From Macrostomum lignano (lineage: Eukaryota), in the NCBI GenBank assembly GCA_002269645.1, contig NIVC01001965.1, forward strand, positions 22,855 through 86,854: 64,000 nucleotides of DNA, given 5' to 3'. Below, piece after piece: positions 31,721 to 46,418 of the stretch (its first letter is position 1; every line of letters starts with the position of its first letter). A model generated the notes under the pieces. It was not told where the DNA came from and ran no database searches. It was given only the letters and a program-made list of their open reading frames with translations. Both the position numbers and the translations under genes were made by a program.

Positions 31721-32979
31721 TGTCTACTAGGTTTCTCGGCCAGGTGTGTACCGGGAAAATAAAAACTGGGGTGTACTGGTTAGTTTCTGTGATAGAATAT
31801 GAGACTGTTGGATTGAGAATAGTTTGTTGATTTGCAAATAAAATGAAGTTTTAGCAGGGCCACAGCAACTAAGCATTTCATCACAGACTCTACACTAGTG
31901 GGGGACGTTTGTTACTCGTGAACCCCAAACACGAGGAAGGTTGCAAGCAGCCATCTTAACTTTAGCTAGCGTAAAGCTATGATGAAAGAGCTCAGTATTT
32001 GCGGCCCGATATTTTACATTGGTGTAAGTGAGCTATAAATAAAAGTAGATAGGTGAGGTGTGTAGGTAGGTAAAGGTAGGTAATGTAAGTAGACAGGTCG
32101 GTAGATTAAATAGTTGAGCAGGTATATTTCTGGGTATTTAAATAGGTTGTAGGTAGGTAGGTAGGTAGGTTTGTAGGTAGGCAGACTGGTGGGCCAGCTC
32201 TCCAATTAGGAGTCTGGGGGATTCTGGGATGCGTGATGGAGCGGACAGCAGGTGGCTAGGCTGCTTTCTGTCCCATCAAGCATCGCCTGCTCTTCCCTTC
32301 GAACTCCGCTTCCCTCCATGACGAGAGGCGGAGAAAGTGAGGGAGAGTTTAGTATGGATCAGTTTTTTGAGGTGGCTCGGCAGAGCCAGCTGTTTTCTGT
32401 GAGTGGGTGACTGTTGAAGAGGAAAGGAATTTCAGGTGCTGAATTTGATAAATTTTCCGAATTCTCTAAAAATTTTTAATGAATTTGGACAGTTTGAAGT
32501 TACATGAATTACTAGATAAATGATTGTAATTGAAATACTATTAGTAATTAAAGATAAAAGTGTGATCGGTGTGCAATCGAGACGACAATCACGTATTATT
32601 TCATGTCAAGCTGCTTTTTAGAGCACTGCAGTTATTTTAATTTTATTGCTTGTAAAAGCAATCTAGAATCAAAGAATGCAATTCAAAATTTAGATATGAA
32701 TTTCATGTGTAATCTATTATAATTGGAAAACATCGGGTTTAAATTTTTTTGGTTTTTGTTATCGTTTGTTATTTTTTTGTTTTTTTGTGAGTTTTTGCAA
32801 TTAAAGCAAAAGTAAAATAATAAAGCAAATTTGGCCGACCAAGTCTCACCCGCACCGCCTCAGCCGGGAAGACGGACTTGCTGGCTGCCTGCAGACTCTG
32901 CTTCTCGGCCTCTTTCTCTTGCTTGCTCCCTGCTTCACAGCGCCTCTGGCTGGCAGCTTCCACTTGACTCTTCTTCTTG

Positions 32980-34300
32980 ATCGTTGCTTCCGCTTCACAG
33001 CTTGCTGCTTCCGCTTCACAGCTTGCTGCTTCCGCTTCACACTTGCTGCATCCGTTTCACAGCTTGCTGCTTCCGCTTCACAGCTTGCTGCTTCCGCTTT
33101 ACAGCCTCTCTACTTTCTTGCTGCTTCCGCTTCACAGCCTCTCTACTTTCTTGCTGCTTTCGCTTCACAGCCTGCTGCTTCCGCTTCACAGCTTGCTGCT
33201 TCCGCTTCACAGCTTGCTGCTTCCGCTTCACAGCTTTCTGCTTCCGCTTCACAGCTTGCTGCTTCCGCTTCACAGCTTGCTGCTTCCGCTTCACAGCTTG
33301 CTGCTTCCGCTTCACAGCTTGCTGCTTCCGCTTCACAGCTTGCTGCTTCCGCTTTACAGCCTCTCTACTTTCTTGCTGCTTCCGCTTCACAGCCTGCTGC
33401 TTCCGCTTCACAGCTTGCTGCTTCCGCTTCACAGCCTCTCTACTTTCTTGCTGCTTTCGCTTCACAGCCTGCTGCTTCCGCTTCACAGCTTGCTGCTTCC
33501 GCTTCACAGCTTGCTGCTTCCGCTTCACAGCTTTCTGCTTCCGCTTCACAGCTTGCTGCTTCCGCTTTACAGCCTCTCTACTTTCTTGCTGCTTTTGCTT
33601 CACAGCCTCTCTACCTTCTTGCTGCTTTTGCTTCACAACCTCTCTACTTTCTTGCTGCTTCCGTTTCACAGCTTGCTGCTTCCGCTTCACAGCTTGCTGC
33701 TTCCGCTTCACAGCCTCTCTACCTTCTTGCTGCTCCCGCTTCACAGCCTCTAACTTCTTGCTGCTCCCGCTTTACAGCCTCTCTATCTTCTTGCTGCTTC
33801 CGCTTCACAGCGTCTTTAACTTCTTGCTGCTTCCGCTTGACAGCCTCTCTACCTTCTTGCTGCTTCCGCTTCACAGCGTCTTTAACTTCTTGCTGCTTCC
33901 GCTTGACAGCCTCTCTACCTTCTTGCTGCTTCCGCTTCACAGCTTGCTGCTTCCGCTTCACAGCCTCTCTACCTTCTTGCTGCTTCCGCTTTACAGCGTC
34001 TTTAACTTCTTGCTGCTTCCGCTCTACAGCCTCTCTACCTTCTTGCTGCTTCTGCTTTACAACCTCCCTACTTTCTAACTTTAATTGATCTACAGCTGCT
34101 TTTGCTTCCCGCCTCACCTGATCTACAGGTGCCTTTGCTTCCCGCCTCATCTGATCTACAGCTGCCTTTGCTTCCCGCCTCACCTGATCTACAGCTGCCT
34201 TTGCTTCCCGCCTCACCTGATCTACAGCTGCCTTTGCTTCCCACCTCACCTGATCTACAGCTGCTTTTGCTTCCCGCCTCACCTGATCTACAGCTGCTTT
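32980..34300 (-). repeat. Compound 21/33-bp array with long minus-strand reading frames (KRKQQAV, EGREAVKRKQQ, REAKAAVDQVR)
   Basis: All unit lengths are multiples of 3. ORFs 33719-34384, 33037-33744 and 32846-33040 are separated by a 2-bp loss (~33750) and a 1-bp loss (~33041). Coding status uncertain. Confidence 0.85.
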
Positions 34301-34634
34301 TGCTTGCTGCCTCGCCTGCTGCACCAATCCTCTTGTTTCCTGTTGCTTCTGCTGCCGGTTGCTTACTGCTTTCGCCGCTATCATCGCCGTTCTGTTTTGC
34401 TTTCGCGTAGAAAATGGTTGCGCTTGAAGGAACTCGTGGTGAGTCAGCTGAGCTGAGAGCGCATTTAAGTCTCTCTTATGGGCAAAATCCTATCAGGATC
34501 GAGGAGCCTGGGCCATAGACATCTCGGCTTAGGCAGTGACTCAGCGCGTAAACTGAAGTGCAACAAGCAACTTTGCTTCCCGGTGGCTGGCCTTTGGCTA
34601 TGAAAATAGCCGCGCCTCACTGCTCCAGCTAATG

Positions 34635-35092
34635 TAGCTCATGACCCCAGTCTAGCTCATGACCCCAGTCTAGCTCATGACCCCAGTCTAGCTCATGACC
34701 CCAGTCTAGCTCATGACCCCAGTCTAGCTCATGACCCCAGTCTAGCTCATGACCCCAGTCTAGCTCATGACCCCAGTCTAGCTCATGACCCCAGTCTAGC
34801 TCATGACCCCAGTCTAGCTCATGACCCCAGTCTAGCTCATGACCCCAGTCTAGCTCATGACCCCAGTCTAGCTCATGACCCCAGTCTAGCTCATGACCCC
34901 AGTCTAGCTCATGACCCTAGTCTAGCTCATGACCCCAGTCTAGCTCATGACCCCAGTCTAGCTCATGACCCCAGTCTAGCTCATGACCCCAGTCTAGCTC
35001 CTGACCCCAGTCTAGCTCATGACCCCAGTCTAGCTCATGACCCCAGTCTAGCTCCTGACCCCAGTCTAGCTCATGACCCCAGTCTAGCTCAT
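34635..35092. repeat. 18-bp tandem repeat AGCTCATGACCCCAGTCT
   Basis: About 25 near-identical copies. Confidence 0.97.
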
Positions 35093-35192
35093 AACTCAGT
35101 TATTGCCTAATCGCTTGGTATCGAGCTAAATGCGCGAACATGTACAGGACGAAATTTCTACGCGTACATTATTTTCAGAATCCGTGTTTTAA

Positions 35193-35313
35193 TTTTGGCG
35201 CCGCAAGAACTCAATTTTGGCGCCGCAAGCACTCATTTTGGCGCCGCAAGCACTCATTTTGGCGCCGCAAGCACTCATTTTGGCGCCGCAGCCACTCATT
35301 TTGGCGCCGCAAG
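35193..35313. repeat. 21-bp tandem repeat TTTTGGCGCCGCAAGCACTCA
   Basis: About 6 copies. Confidence 0.9.
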
Positions 35314-35746
35314 CGCTATGCTTTGTCGCCCTGCAGCAAAATTATTGATTTCCTACTGCGCAGACCGGAATTTATGGGTGTATTACAAGTAACATAGATT
35401 TTAGGCAATAAGGGACTCGCCATTGTCTTTTTCAAATTGATTTCAGCTTCCATCCCAGCTCATGGTTTATTTCTGGTGTTCAAAACTCATTAAGAGCTGA
35501 ATTTTTATGATTTGTAACATTCCTAACATATTTATGGACTCAATTTTCGTTAAGTTTTGAAAAATGATTCGAAATATTATGAAGATATCTGCTGGCTCAG
35601 CCTACACTACCTTAAGTAGTAAAAAAGTTAGTTTGTAAAATACGAGACCCCACAACATGGTGCCCAGAACCTTCCTGTGATCATTATTTTCAATGCGAGG
35701 ATAAAAGCCAAGTTAAGTTTTGGGCCTCCTTGACACGAAAGTTTTG

Positions 35747-36465
35747 TTCTTTCTACATCTGATAGTAGGAGCATCCGGAATCTTTCTACATCTGATAGCA
35801 TGAGCATCCAGAGTCTTTCTACATCTGATAGCAGGAGCATCCAGAATCTTTCTACATCTGATAGCATGAGCATCCGGAATCTTTCTACATCTGATAGCAG
35901 AAGCATCCAGAATATTTCTACATCTGATAGCAGAAGCATCCAGAATCTTTCTACATCTGATAGCAGGAGCATCCAGAATCTTTCTACATCTGATAGCATG
36001 AGCATCCAGAGTCTTTCTACATCTGATAGCAGGAGCATCCAGAATCTTTCTACATCTGATAGCATGAGCATCCGGAATCTTTCTACATCTGATAGCAGAA
36101 GCATCCAGAATATTTCTGCATCTGATAGCAGAAGCATCCAGAATCTTTCTACATCTGATAGCAGGAGCATCCAGAATCTTTCTACATCTGATAGCATGAG
36201 CATCCGGAATCTTTCTACATCTGATAGCAGAAGCATCCAGAATATTTCTACATCTGATAGCAGAAGCATCCAGAATCTTTCTACATCTGATAGCAGAGAA
36301 GCATCCGGAATCTTTCTACATCTGATAGCAGAAGCATCCGGAATCTTTCTACATTTGATAGCAGGAGCATCCAGAATCTTTCTACATCTGATAGCAGAAG
36401 CATCCAGAATCTTTCTACATCTGATAGCAGGAGCATCCAGAATCTTTCTACATCTGATAGCAGGA
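35747..36465. repeat. 33-bp tandem repeat TCTTTCTACATCTGATAGCAGGAGCATCCAGAA with a 198-bp higher-order period
   Basis: About 22 copies; the variant order repeats every 6 units. Confidence 0.95.
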
Positions 36466-36923
36466 GTGTCCTGCTATCACCTGTCGCTTGTAAAAAGCTG
36501 TCGCTTGTCTCTAAACTGGGCACCCAATAAACTTTGCCAAGGTCTCTTCGGCTTCTGAATATTAAACTGATGGAAAGTACATAAAGAGCCGCTCTTCAAG
36601 CCAACCCAGCTTCAATGCGTTGACTACCACAGCTTCCAAGTCCATAATCCTTAGAGTGAAGCCTGGGAAAGTGTGGCGTATCAAAGCACGACATCAGTGC
36701 GGAAGCCACTGAACCTCTGCAGCAGTTGAAGCCATAAAGCCTTGAAGGTAACGCCGTAACACCGTTTCACCTCTGATTCCAGCGATTGATTCCATTCTTG
36801 TATTTGTGAACGAAATTGGACCGGCGATCCAATACTATGCAAGTTTTATGCTCCTTATGTCCAAAATATACCACAGAAATTCCGTTAAAAGTTTCGCGAA
36901 TTAGCCGCACTAAACAGGTTAAA

Positions 36924-38466
36924 TCAAGCAGCTGTTCCCTTGAAGCAAAGCACGAGCAGAGTCCCTAGCAGCAGGATCTGCTGTCCAAACTGTCTGCCCT
37001 GGCCATTGCAGACTTCTGCATTTTCACTTCCGAACTGCAAACAGCTCTGCGGCCAGATCCTCGATGGCTCCAGCAAGTCCTGCAGCAGCTGCAGCCCGAT
37101 CTCCGGCCGGTCCGTCGCCACGGAGTGTCCGGCGCCAATCACCGTCCGGTACCTGATTCGGCCGCCCAGGTAGGACCTCTGGATGCCTCCGATCTGCAGT
37201 CCGTAGCCCGGCCTCCTCAGACAGTAGAACCAGACGTTCTGGCCGCTCTCTGGGTCCGGGGGCAGCCGCTCCAGCAGCTGCAGCGTCAACCCCACGGGCA
37301 GCAGAAGGTCCAGGGCTCCGGTGTACAGCAGCACCGAGACGCTGTGATTGGCGAGTGTAACGAATTCACTGAGAACGTCACGCTCCGTCTTCCTGTAGAT
37401 TCTGTTTATGTCATCGTGGCAGAGGACGAATTTCTGTAAAGTTAATTCATTCACGCCCAGAGCACTTTGCACGTCCCTGTCGTTTAAGAAGCTGGAGAGT
37501 CCAGTTGAGTTGAGGCCGGGATAGCCATCGGCTTCACTTCCAGGGTACCACGGATGAGCGACGTTGTACTCATTCACTGATAGCCGCTGTGAGTGCTCTG
37601 AACCATTGGAACCCTGGTGGATTGTAAAGACTGGCTGAATAGATATCATTTCAGTGCTGTCACACCTGAGCTATCGTAATATCATGGAATATACTTGGTA
37701 TATAATATCAGACCGCGAGGCCGTTAAGCAAAAGCACTTCACTCACCACAGACAGCTCAAGAACACTGACGTTACCAAAAGTGATGCCCATCGCGTCCGT
37801 CAGGGCTCTCCGGTGCGATTTAAAAGCCGACTCATTGTACGGCATGTGCAGGCCGTTGCCCACGGCGATGCCCTTCAGGTTGATGAGGCCGGGACGGTGC
37901 CCGCCGTCGATGATGGCGCTGGCCAGCAGCGGGATGTAGATCCCCGCGTAGCTCTCTCCCGCGATGTAGAAGGCCCGGCCTCGGTACTCGGGGAACAGGC
38001 TGTAGAAGTGGAGCAGCGCTCCCAGGTTCAGCCGCGTGGTCGCGTTATCGTTGAGCTCGGACGGGTCGGTGGGTCCGGGCTCGCTCAGGCCGACACCGCT
38101 GGGCGAGTCGATGTACAGCACGTTGACCAGTCGGTTCCACGCGAAGTCGTTGCGCTCCAGCTCGGCGCGGTCGTTCGCCAGGAACGGCCCGTTCGTCATG
38201 AGCAGGCCGCCGACCGAGGAGCAGCCGGGACCGCCGTTCATCCACAGCACGAGCGGAGCCGTCGCGGCGTCCACGTGGGAGCTCTCGACCAGCCAGTAGA
38301 AGAGGCGCCGGCTGCCGCCGCTGCCGCTGCTGGAGGTCAGGTAGCCCGAGTACTGGGTGAAGTTCGGGCGGAACAGCAGCCGCGGCAGCTCCTCGACGCG
38401 GCGTCTCTGGCACTCGGCGAGCGCGCAGCAGCAGAGGCAGAGCGCCAGGCTCAGAACGGGCCGCAT
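36924..38466 (-). CDS. Serine carboxypeptidase S10, copy B; exons 38466-37747 and 37613-36924 (469 aa)
   Basis: Same motifs as copy A (GGPGCSS, GESYAG, GALD, GAGHSVATDRP); ATG at 38466; phase-0 intron GTG|GTGAGT ... CCACCAG|GGT; hydrophobic C-tail. Confidence 0.9.
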
Positions 38467-39331
38467 GGTTGGCGAATCCAATTTGATTTTTTCGGCTAAG
38501 GGCTGCGCAAAGTTTCGATCCTTCTTATACTTATTTTGGTGTCACCCTTAATTTACGACAGCCAAGCTGACTCAGCCCTGCTGTTTTTGCGTCGTGGGCC
38601 ATGGCACTTTGCTGCAGAGAAAGAACAGCGCTTTGCATTCGAGTTTGAACCCGACTTGCACTCACCCAGCTTTCTATCTATTCCAAAGCCCACATGCTCT
38701 CAGCGAACGTTTTTTCAGCGAACGCAAAACCTTCTCTTGCGTTTTTTCGTCTGAAGTATATCGATTAACAATGCAATGAATATTCAGTAGCCGCACGAGC
38801 ACTATGTGCAATTTTCGTTTCACCTTTACAGACAGCCTGGATGCAGTTTTATCACACGCCTGTAGGGTACAAACCAGTGCTTCGCGACCGAATGGCTCAG
38901 GTTTTAGCCAAGCAATTACGAGTATCTGCGCATTAAGGGTTAGGCACCTGTGCGAGTATTGAGTGGCTTCCGCAGTGCTGGCCTTATGCTGGTACTCGAC
39001 TCGCGAGGCTTGCTGTTTAGGCAACACGCTGCAGACTTTGAATGGCGCTATGTGTATTTGTTAGTACAGGACGCATACATCTAGCAGGAGCAAATGTTAT
39101 AATTTGAATAATCTAAAAGGTATGAAAACAAAAATGGCTAAATTTGTAAACGAAAAAATCGACTAACAGAATGCCATGCGGAACGCAGGTGCAAAGTTTA
39201 CTCCTCTGAGCAGCGCGAGGCCGCTTCCAGCACGGTGAACTGCGCTAAGACTCCCCCCCCCCACTGTCGCGTGCTCAAATCCAGAGAAATCAGCTGCCAG
39301 GCATCTGCGGCCGGGGAGCAGCGCAGCGGTG

Positions 39332-40920
<1,589 letters not shown>

Positions 40921-41926
40921 CTGTCAGAGCTTTCTGCCTGTCAACGGCGCTGATCACTTTATGCAGCAAAAATTGCTAATGTTGCAGAACAAGCCAATTC
41001 GAAAGGCAATTAACCGCAACTAGCGGGGCCGGTGGCTTCAGTTTCGACAGCTGATGCGGCGTTTTGACTTGCTTGAATCGGGGCGGCAATTAGCGGAGCC
41101 GCCTTGTCAGCGGCCACTTAAAGCCGCAGCGACCCCCGGCGGGGCGGACTGGCTTATCGCAAGCGAATCCGCAAAGTCGCTGCGCCTGTTCGCCCTGCAG
41201 CCCCTGGGTTGCCGAACTTTGTGACGCCTTGAATTCCCGGGGCTGCGGGGCTAGAAAAGTCGCCTGTGACCCCGAGGGTGTGAAAATTGCTTAGCGAAGA
41301 AGCCTAGTAGTGATAATGGACGGCCAGCCATTCACCGAACTCCGCTGTGCGGGGGCTGTGCGGCAGCCGCAGGCACCTGTGGGCGGGCCGGGCCGCAAGG
41401 GAGCGAAATGCGCTGTCAGCGCGGCGGGCGGCCTGGGCTTGACCTGGTTTGGCCAGGAATTCAATGCGAGAGAAAACCGTCAAATTCATGCGTCACGCGG
41501 AATTGCTTTTTGGCTTCAAAAATGAAACTTGCCGACATTGTCAATCTGGATTCTCCTCGCCTTTGCGCTTTCAAGATGTTTGCACTTGTTAGCTGTGTTC
41601 TGAAATTCCGCTTAGCGTCACATCTGAGATACTGTGAGGGACGTCAAAGCTTACATTCGGCATTCAACATAGCAAGTTGCGCCGCGAAATTTTCGACGCC
41701 GATGGCGATGAGTGTCGAGTACAGGGTTCACTTTCCAAAGACAACCAAGATCCAAATGAACTGTGTTCCCGCAAATCAATGCTTGGATTGTATACCTCAA
41801 ACCTGCATCGCTAAGTCCTCTATCATGTGTTTCAAACAGGTACCTGGGTCAACCACTGGGTCGCAAAATAGCTTAAATTAAAAAGATGGAATACTTCTAG
41901 TGCTCTCTTCATTTTAGCTGTAGAAT

Positions 41927-42785
41927 GAGAGTGAGTGTAATCCGAGTGAGTGTAATCAGAGTGAGTGTAATCAGAGTGAGTGTAATCAGAGTGAGTGTAA
42001 TCCGAGTGAGTGTAATCTGAGTGAGTGTAATCAGAGTGAGTGTAATCCGAGTGAGTGTAATCTGAGTGAGTGTAATCCGAGTGAGTGTAATCAGAGTGAG
42101 TGTAATCCGAGTGAGTGTAATCAGAGTGAGTGTAATCCGAGTGAGTGTAATCAGAGTGAGTGTAATCTGAGTGAGTGTAATCCGAGTGAGTGTAATCAGA
42201 GTGAGTGTAATCAGAGTGAGTGTAATCAGAGTGAGTGTAATCCGAGTGAGTGTAATCAGAGTGAGTGTAATCAGAGTGAGTGTAATCTGAGTGAGTGTAA
42301 TCAGAGTGAGTGTAATCAGAGTGAGTGTAATCAGAGTGAGTGTAATCCGAGGGAGTGTAATCTGAGTGAGTGTAATCTGAGTGAGTGTAATCAGAATGAG
42401 TGTAATCAGAGTGAGTGTAATCAGAGTGAGTGTAATCCGAGGGAGTGTAATCTGAGTGAGTGTAATCTGAGTGAGTGTAATCAGAATGAGTGTAATCAGA
42501 GTGAGTGTAATCAGAGTGAGTGTAATCAGAGTGAGTGTAATCAGAGTGAGTGTAATCAGAGTGAGTGTAATCAGAATGAGTGTAATCAGAGTGAGTGTAA
42601 TCAGAGTGAGTGTAATCAGAGTGAGTGTAATCAGAGTGAGTGTAATCAGAATGAGTGTAATCAGAGTGAGTGTAATCAGAGTGAGTGTAATCAGAGTGAG
42701 TGTAATCAGAGTGAGTGTAATCAGAATGAGTGTAATCAGAGTGAGTGTAATCAGAGCGAGTGTAATCAGAGTGAGTGTAATCAGA
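41927..42785. repeat. 15-bp tandem repeat GAGTGAGTGTAATCA
   Basis: About 57 copies; the variant pattern shows local 60- and 90-bp higher-order periods. Confidence 0.97.
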
Positions 42786-43334
42786 AAAATCCAATCGCAG
42801 AACAGCTTCTTGTTTGCCATCTTTGGGAAGGCTGTCTCAGTCTGATCTGGTCGGTCTTCACCGTCACCACTATGGGGCTGCCCCACTCTGAGGACGTCAC
42901 CTTCTTAACTGCGCCCTCCTTCTCCATCAGCTCCAGCTTCTTCTTCACCAGTGGATGCAACGCAGCGCCAGCTCTCTGGCTGGTTGGAAAATCGGCCTGG
43001 CTCCCGCCTTCCACAGAATCTCTGCCAACTGCTCCCTTGATGCCCTCAAGCTCTCGCACCTGTTGTTGCTGGGCGGCTTGGCCTCATCAGAGTGGTGAGC
43101 AGGCAGCGAGCTGAGAAGATCCCGGCCCAGCAACCCGAACTTCTGCTCGCATTCAATGAAGGGCAGCTCCGCCGCAGCGAAGCGGCCATCAGGGCCGCCA
43201 GTCTCCACCAGGCACTCCAAGATGCCGAGCTGCTTCATCACGTGCCCGTCGTTGGCCAGCATCCGAGACTTGGCCGAATTTAGTGGCGGCCTTCCGAGTT
43301 CCTTCCAGATCTTTCTCGAGATCAGCGAGAACAA
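42786..43334 (-). mobile_element. Degenerate Gypsy pol fragment (protease linker and RT N-terminus)
   Basis: LISRKIWKELGRPPL...QLGILECLVE...GLLGRDLL; then PLVKKKLELMEKEGAVKKVTSSEWGSPIVV..K.DQIRL; frameshifted. Confidence 0.8.
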
Positions 43335-43393
43335 GGCAAAAAATCGCTGCTAAAGTACAGTGCGTGTACTTAACCTCGTGCTGACCACCAGTC

Positions 43394-43510
43394 TCAGCAC
43401 TGAGTCTAGCACTGAGTCTAGCACTCTGAGTCTAGCACTGAGTCTAGCACTGAGTCTAGCACTGAGTCTAGCACTGAGTCTAGCACTGAGTCTAGCCCTG
43501 AGTCTAGCGC
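43394..43510. repeat. 12-bp tandem repeat GAGTCTAGCACT
   Basis: About 9 copies. Confidence 0.9.
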
Positions 43511-44079
43511 TGAGGATTTTGTACTTTTCAAACCTTGAAGCCGAATTGCTTGATATTTGACGAGTTGTCTTGCTGAATCCTGTAGCATTCTGTGCTCATA
43601 TAATGACATGCAGTCAGTTCCCGCTGTTTCAGCATGAAAGTCGATCTCAAAGCTAATGCAGACAATTTTTTTAAGATAAAATGTCGATTTAGTTAACTAC
43701 TCTTGATTCAGTAGCTGATGCGCGTTTTGCAGGAAAATTTATGCAACGCAAAGAATGCATTTCTTTGATACATACGACAGCAGGGGCAGCTGAAGCAGAG
43801 GGGCTGCATCCGTGAATTTGCCAATTTTCCCTGGAGGCCGCGCGAGTTTGCTATCCTAAGGGAAATGATGTTTAAAAGAAGAAAACTGCGATTACCTGCT
43901 GGAAGCTTCTTTGTTTTGTCTGTTTACATTTTAAACCAGAACCAGAACAGCAACAAAGAACTTCATATGTCAGCCCGCAGTGGCCAGAAAGGAGGGAAGA
44001 AGTCAGAGAGCGAGTCTTTGGTCCATTAACCTCAAAACGTCTCACCCCCAGCTTGGTCCGGGACGCCAGCATCAGTCAA

Positions 44080-46260
44080 GAGCCTGTTAGGATATCTCAC
44101 CGTTCGCCCTTGGCCTCGCCTGCGCGGTCCCTGCAGCTTGAGCAGCAGCACTTCCTGTAGCGGCTCAGGGCAGCGGGCCTCCGACCGAATGACGTGGCCA
44201 GCCAGTCGAAGTCATCGCCGGCGCAGCAGGTCAGAAAGCAGCATCAGGCGCGCCCTCGTGTAGAGCGCGGCGTTGGTCTCGCTGCCTGGACCGCTGCGCA
44301 CTCCGAACGCCGCACGCAGCATAGCCGCATCGTCCAGCTGCCTCTCCAAGGCGTCCGTCAGGGTCCAGGTTTCAGCTTTGTACAACAAGACAGTCTCAAC
44401 GACTGCCTGAAACAACAGAGCCCTGAGCCCGTCATTTAGGGCCTCAGAATGGAGCACGGGGCGCACAGAACGAAACGCGGCCTAGGCCAGTCCTCGTCGT
44501 TTCACCAAGTCGTCGGCGACGTCCGGCACGAGGTCGCCGAGGTACAAGAACCGCTGGCAGCGGGTAAGCATGATAGCATCTCCGGCAGCGTCTCGGTAAT
44601 TGATCTCGGCCGGCAGGTCGGAGGGCACCGTGAAGACTACCGTCTTCCGCGCGTTCAGCTTGAGGCCGACTCGCGATGCTGCTGTCGTCAGGCCGTCCAG
44701 CAGCCGCTGGGCGCCTTCAGCCGTCGATGAGAGCAGCGTGAGCTCATCCGCGTAGCCGAGAACTGAGAGCCGCTTCTCCGGGTTCCGCCGACTCGTGCGT
44801 CTTCTCAGCAGGAAGCCATCATCCTGGTCTGGCAGACCGGTCCTCAGCGCCAAATCCAGTGCCAGCACAAACAGGAAAGATGCCAGAGTGTCACCCTGCA
44901 GCACGCCTGACGACGCCTGAATTGGTCCGACAGTCTGTCTGGCGTCATCACCGAAGCGGTCGTATCCTTGTACATCGCCATGATGGCGGAAATCAGTTGC
45001 TCCGGTACATTGTATGCGCGAAGCACGAGAGGCAGCGCGCCGTGAACCAACGAGTCGAAAGCCTTGATTAAGTCAATGAAGATCACCGCGAGACTTGACT
45101 GATGGATGCGCGCCTCCACGAGGATGCGGCGGAGAGCTTGGATCTGCGTCACTGTACCGCGATATGGGCGAAACCCGATCTGCTCAGGGCGCAGAAACTG
45201 TTCCAGCACAGGCTGCAACCCAGCTAGCAGCACACGGTTGAACAGCTTCAGTGCTCCTCCTTCCGTGTCGTGCCAGGCATTTTCGGAATCGCGACGATGT
45301 GCGCTGTTGTATACTCGCAGGGCGCGGCACCTCCAGAGAGGACGTCGTTCATCACGAGGGCTACCTCAGTGGCGACCCTTGTGACTCGAGCGCCTCGATA
45401 GGCACCTCGTCCGGTCCGGGGGCGCGACCTCCCGGCGTTAGGCGAGCGAACTGCACTGCGTCGTTGCTGGTTACTGGCTGGGTGCTGAATTCCTCCTGCG
45501 ACGGCAGCGCCGTCTCGAGCGGCAATGGCATCGCTTCTAGCTGAGGCGGTGGCGGCGCGTTGACAATTTCAGCAAAGAAATTTTTCTGAAATCAATCGCA
45601 TACCCATATACATACAGACAACTCATTTTTAGTATATAGGAAGTCGCGCAGCTCATTTCTGCGCGCCTCTGGTGTATCGCCGGTCAGGTTTAGCGCCGTC
45701 TTCTTCTTGCGGCAGTCAGGGCGTTGATTGTAGGCCAGACGAGCCGATCCCGTTGGTTGAGTCCCGCAGAGGTGACGCTTCAGATGGCATCGTCAACCGC
45801 GACTTGCTGCTGCCTACCGGTAGTGTAGACGTCCGGTAGGGCATTTTCGGCTTCAGCCGTCGGTCGCCTGATCCGTCGCAGCCTCGATTGTCCGCCTCGC
45901 CTCCTGAACCTCCTTGCCACTCGCCCAGACGGGGAGACTACAGGCTGCAGGTTGCATCAGAGGCAGCGTCTTGTTAGCTATCGTCGCCACTGCCGTGCTT
46001 ATTTCGGAATAGTTGCCGGTGCTTGCGGACTCTCCGAGTACGGCGGCGAACGCGTAGGCGAACCTGCCGCGGGTGCTGGAGTCTCGCAGAGCCCTGTAAT
46101 AGCGGCGTGGGGGTCGCTTGGGCGGCCTCTAGAGCGGGTCCCGGGTGCGAAGGTTGCAGAAAGCAGGCGATGGTCAGATCGGATGGACAGCGGGGCCATC
46201 GTGTCGCAGTCTGTCACCCGTCTGCGTTCGCGGTAGTGAACTAGAATGTAATCGAGCTGG
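44080..46260 (-). mobile_element. Degenerate RTE-clade non-LTR retrotransposon (endonuclease remnant plus RT)
   Basis: RSDHRLL (APE end); LRPEQIGFRPYRGTVTQIQALRRI; FIDLIKAFDSL; LQGDTLASFLF; LGYADELTLL; GLKLNARKT; QAVVETVLLYKAETWTLT. Several frameshifts and stops. Confidence 0.88.
45581..45640 (+). mobile_element. About 60-bp truncated copy of the element at 395-555, inserted in the RTE
   Basis: Shares TTTTTCTGAAATC...CAGACAACTCATTTTTA; interrupts the RTE frame RDF|FAEIVNAPPP. Confidence 0.45.
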
Positions 46261-46418
46261 GCCCGGTGAGTCGTGACATTTCGGCTTCCGAAAGCTTCAG
46301 CTTCCTTCGCTTACGCTCGTACAGCCGGATTTGGTTTCCAATCGAAAAACTGGCTCGCGGAAACGCGTATTGGTCGACACCAAATCATGCGGCGACGTTC
46401 GTATCACACTGATTGAAA

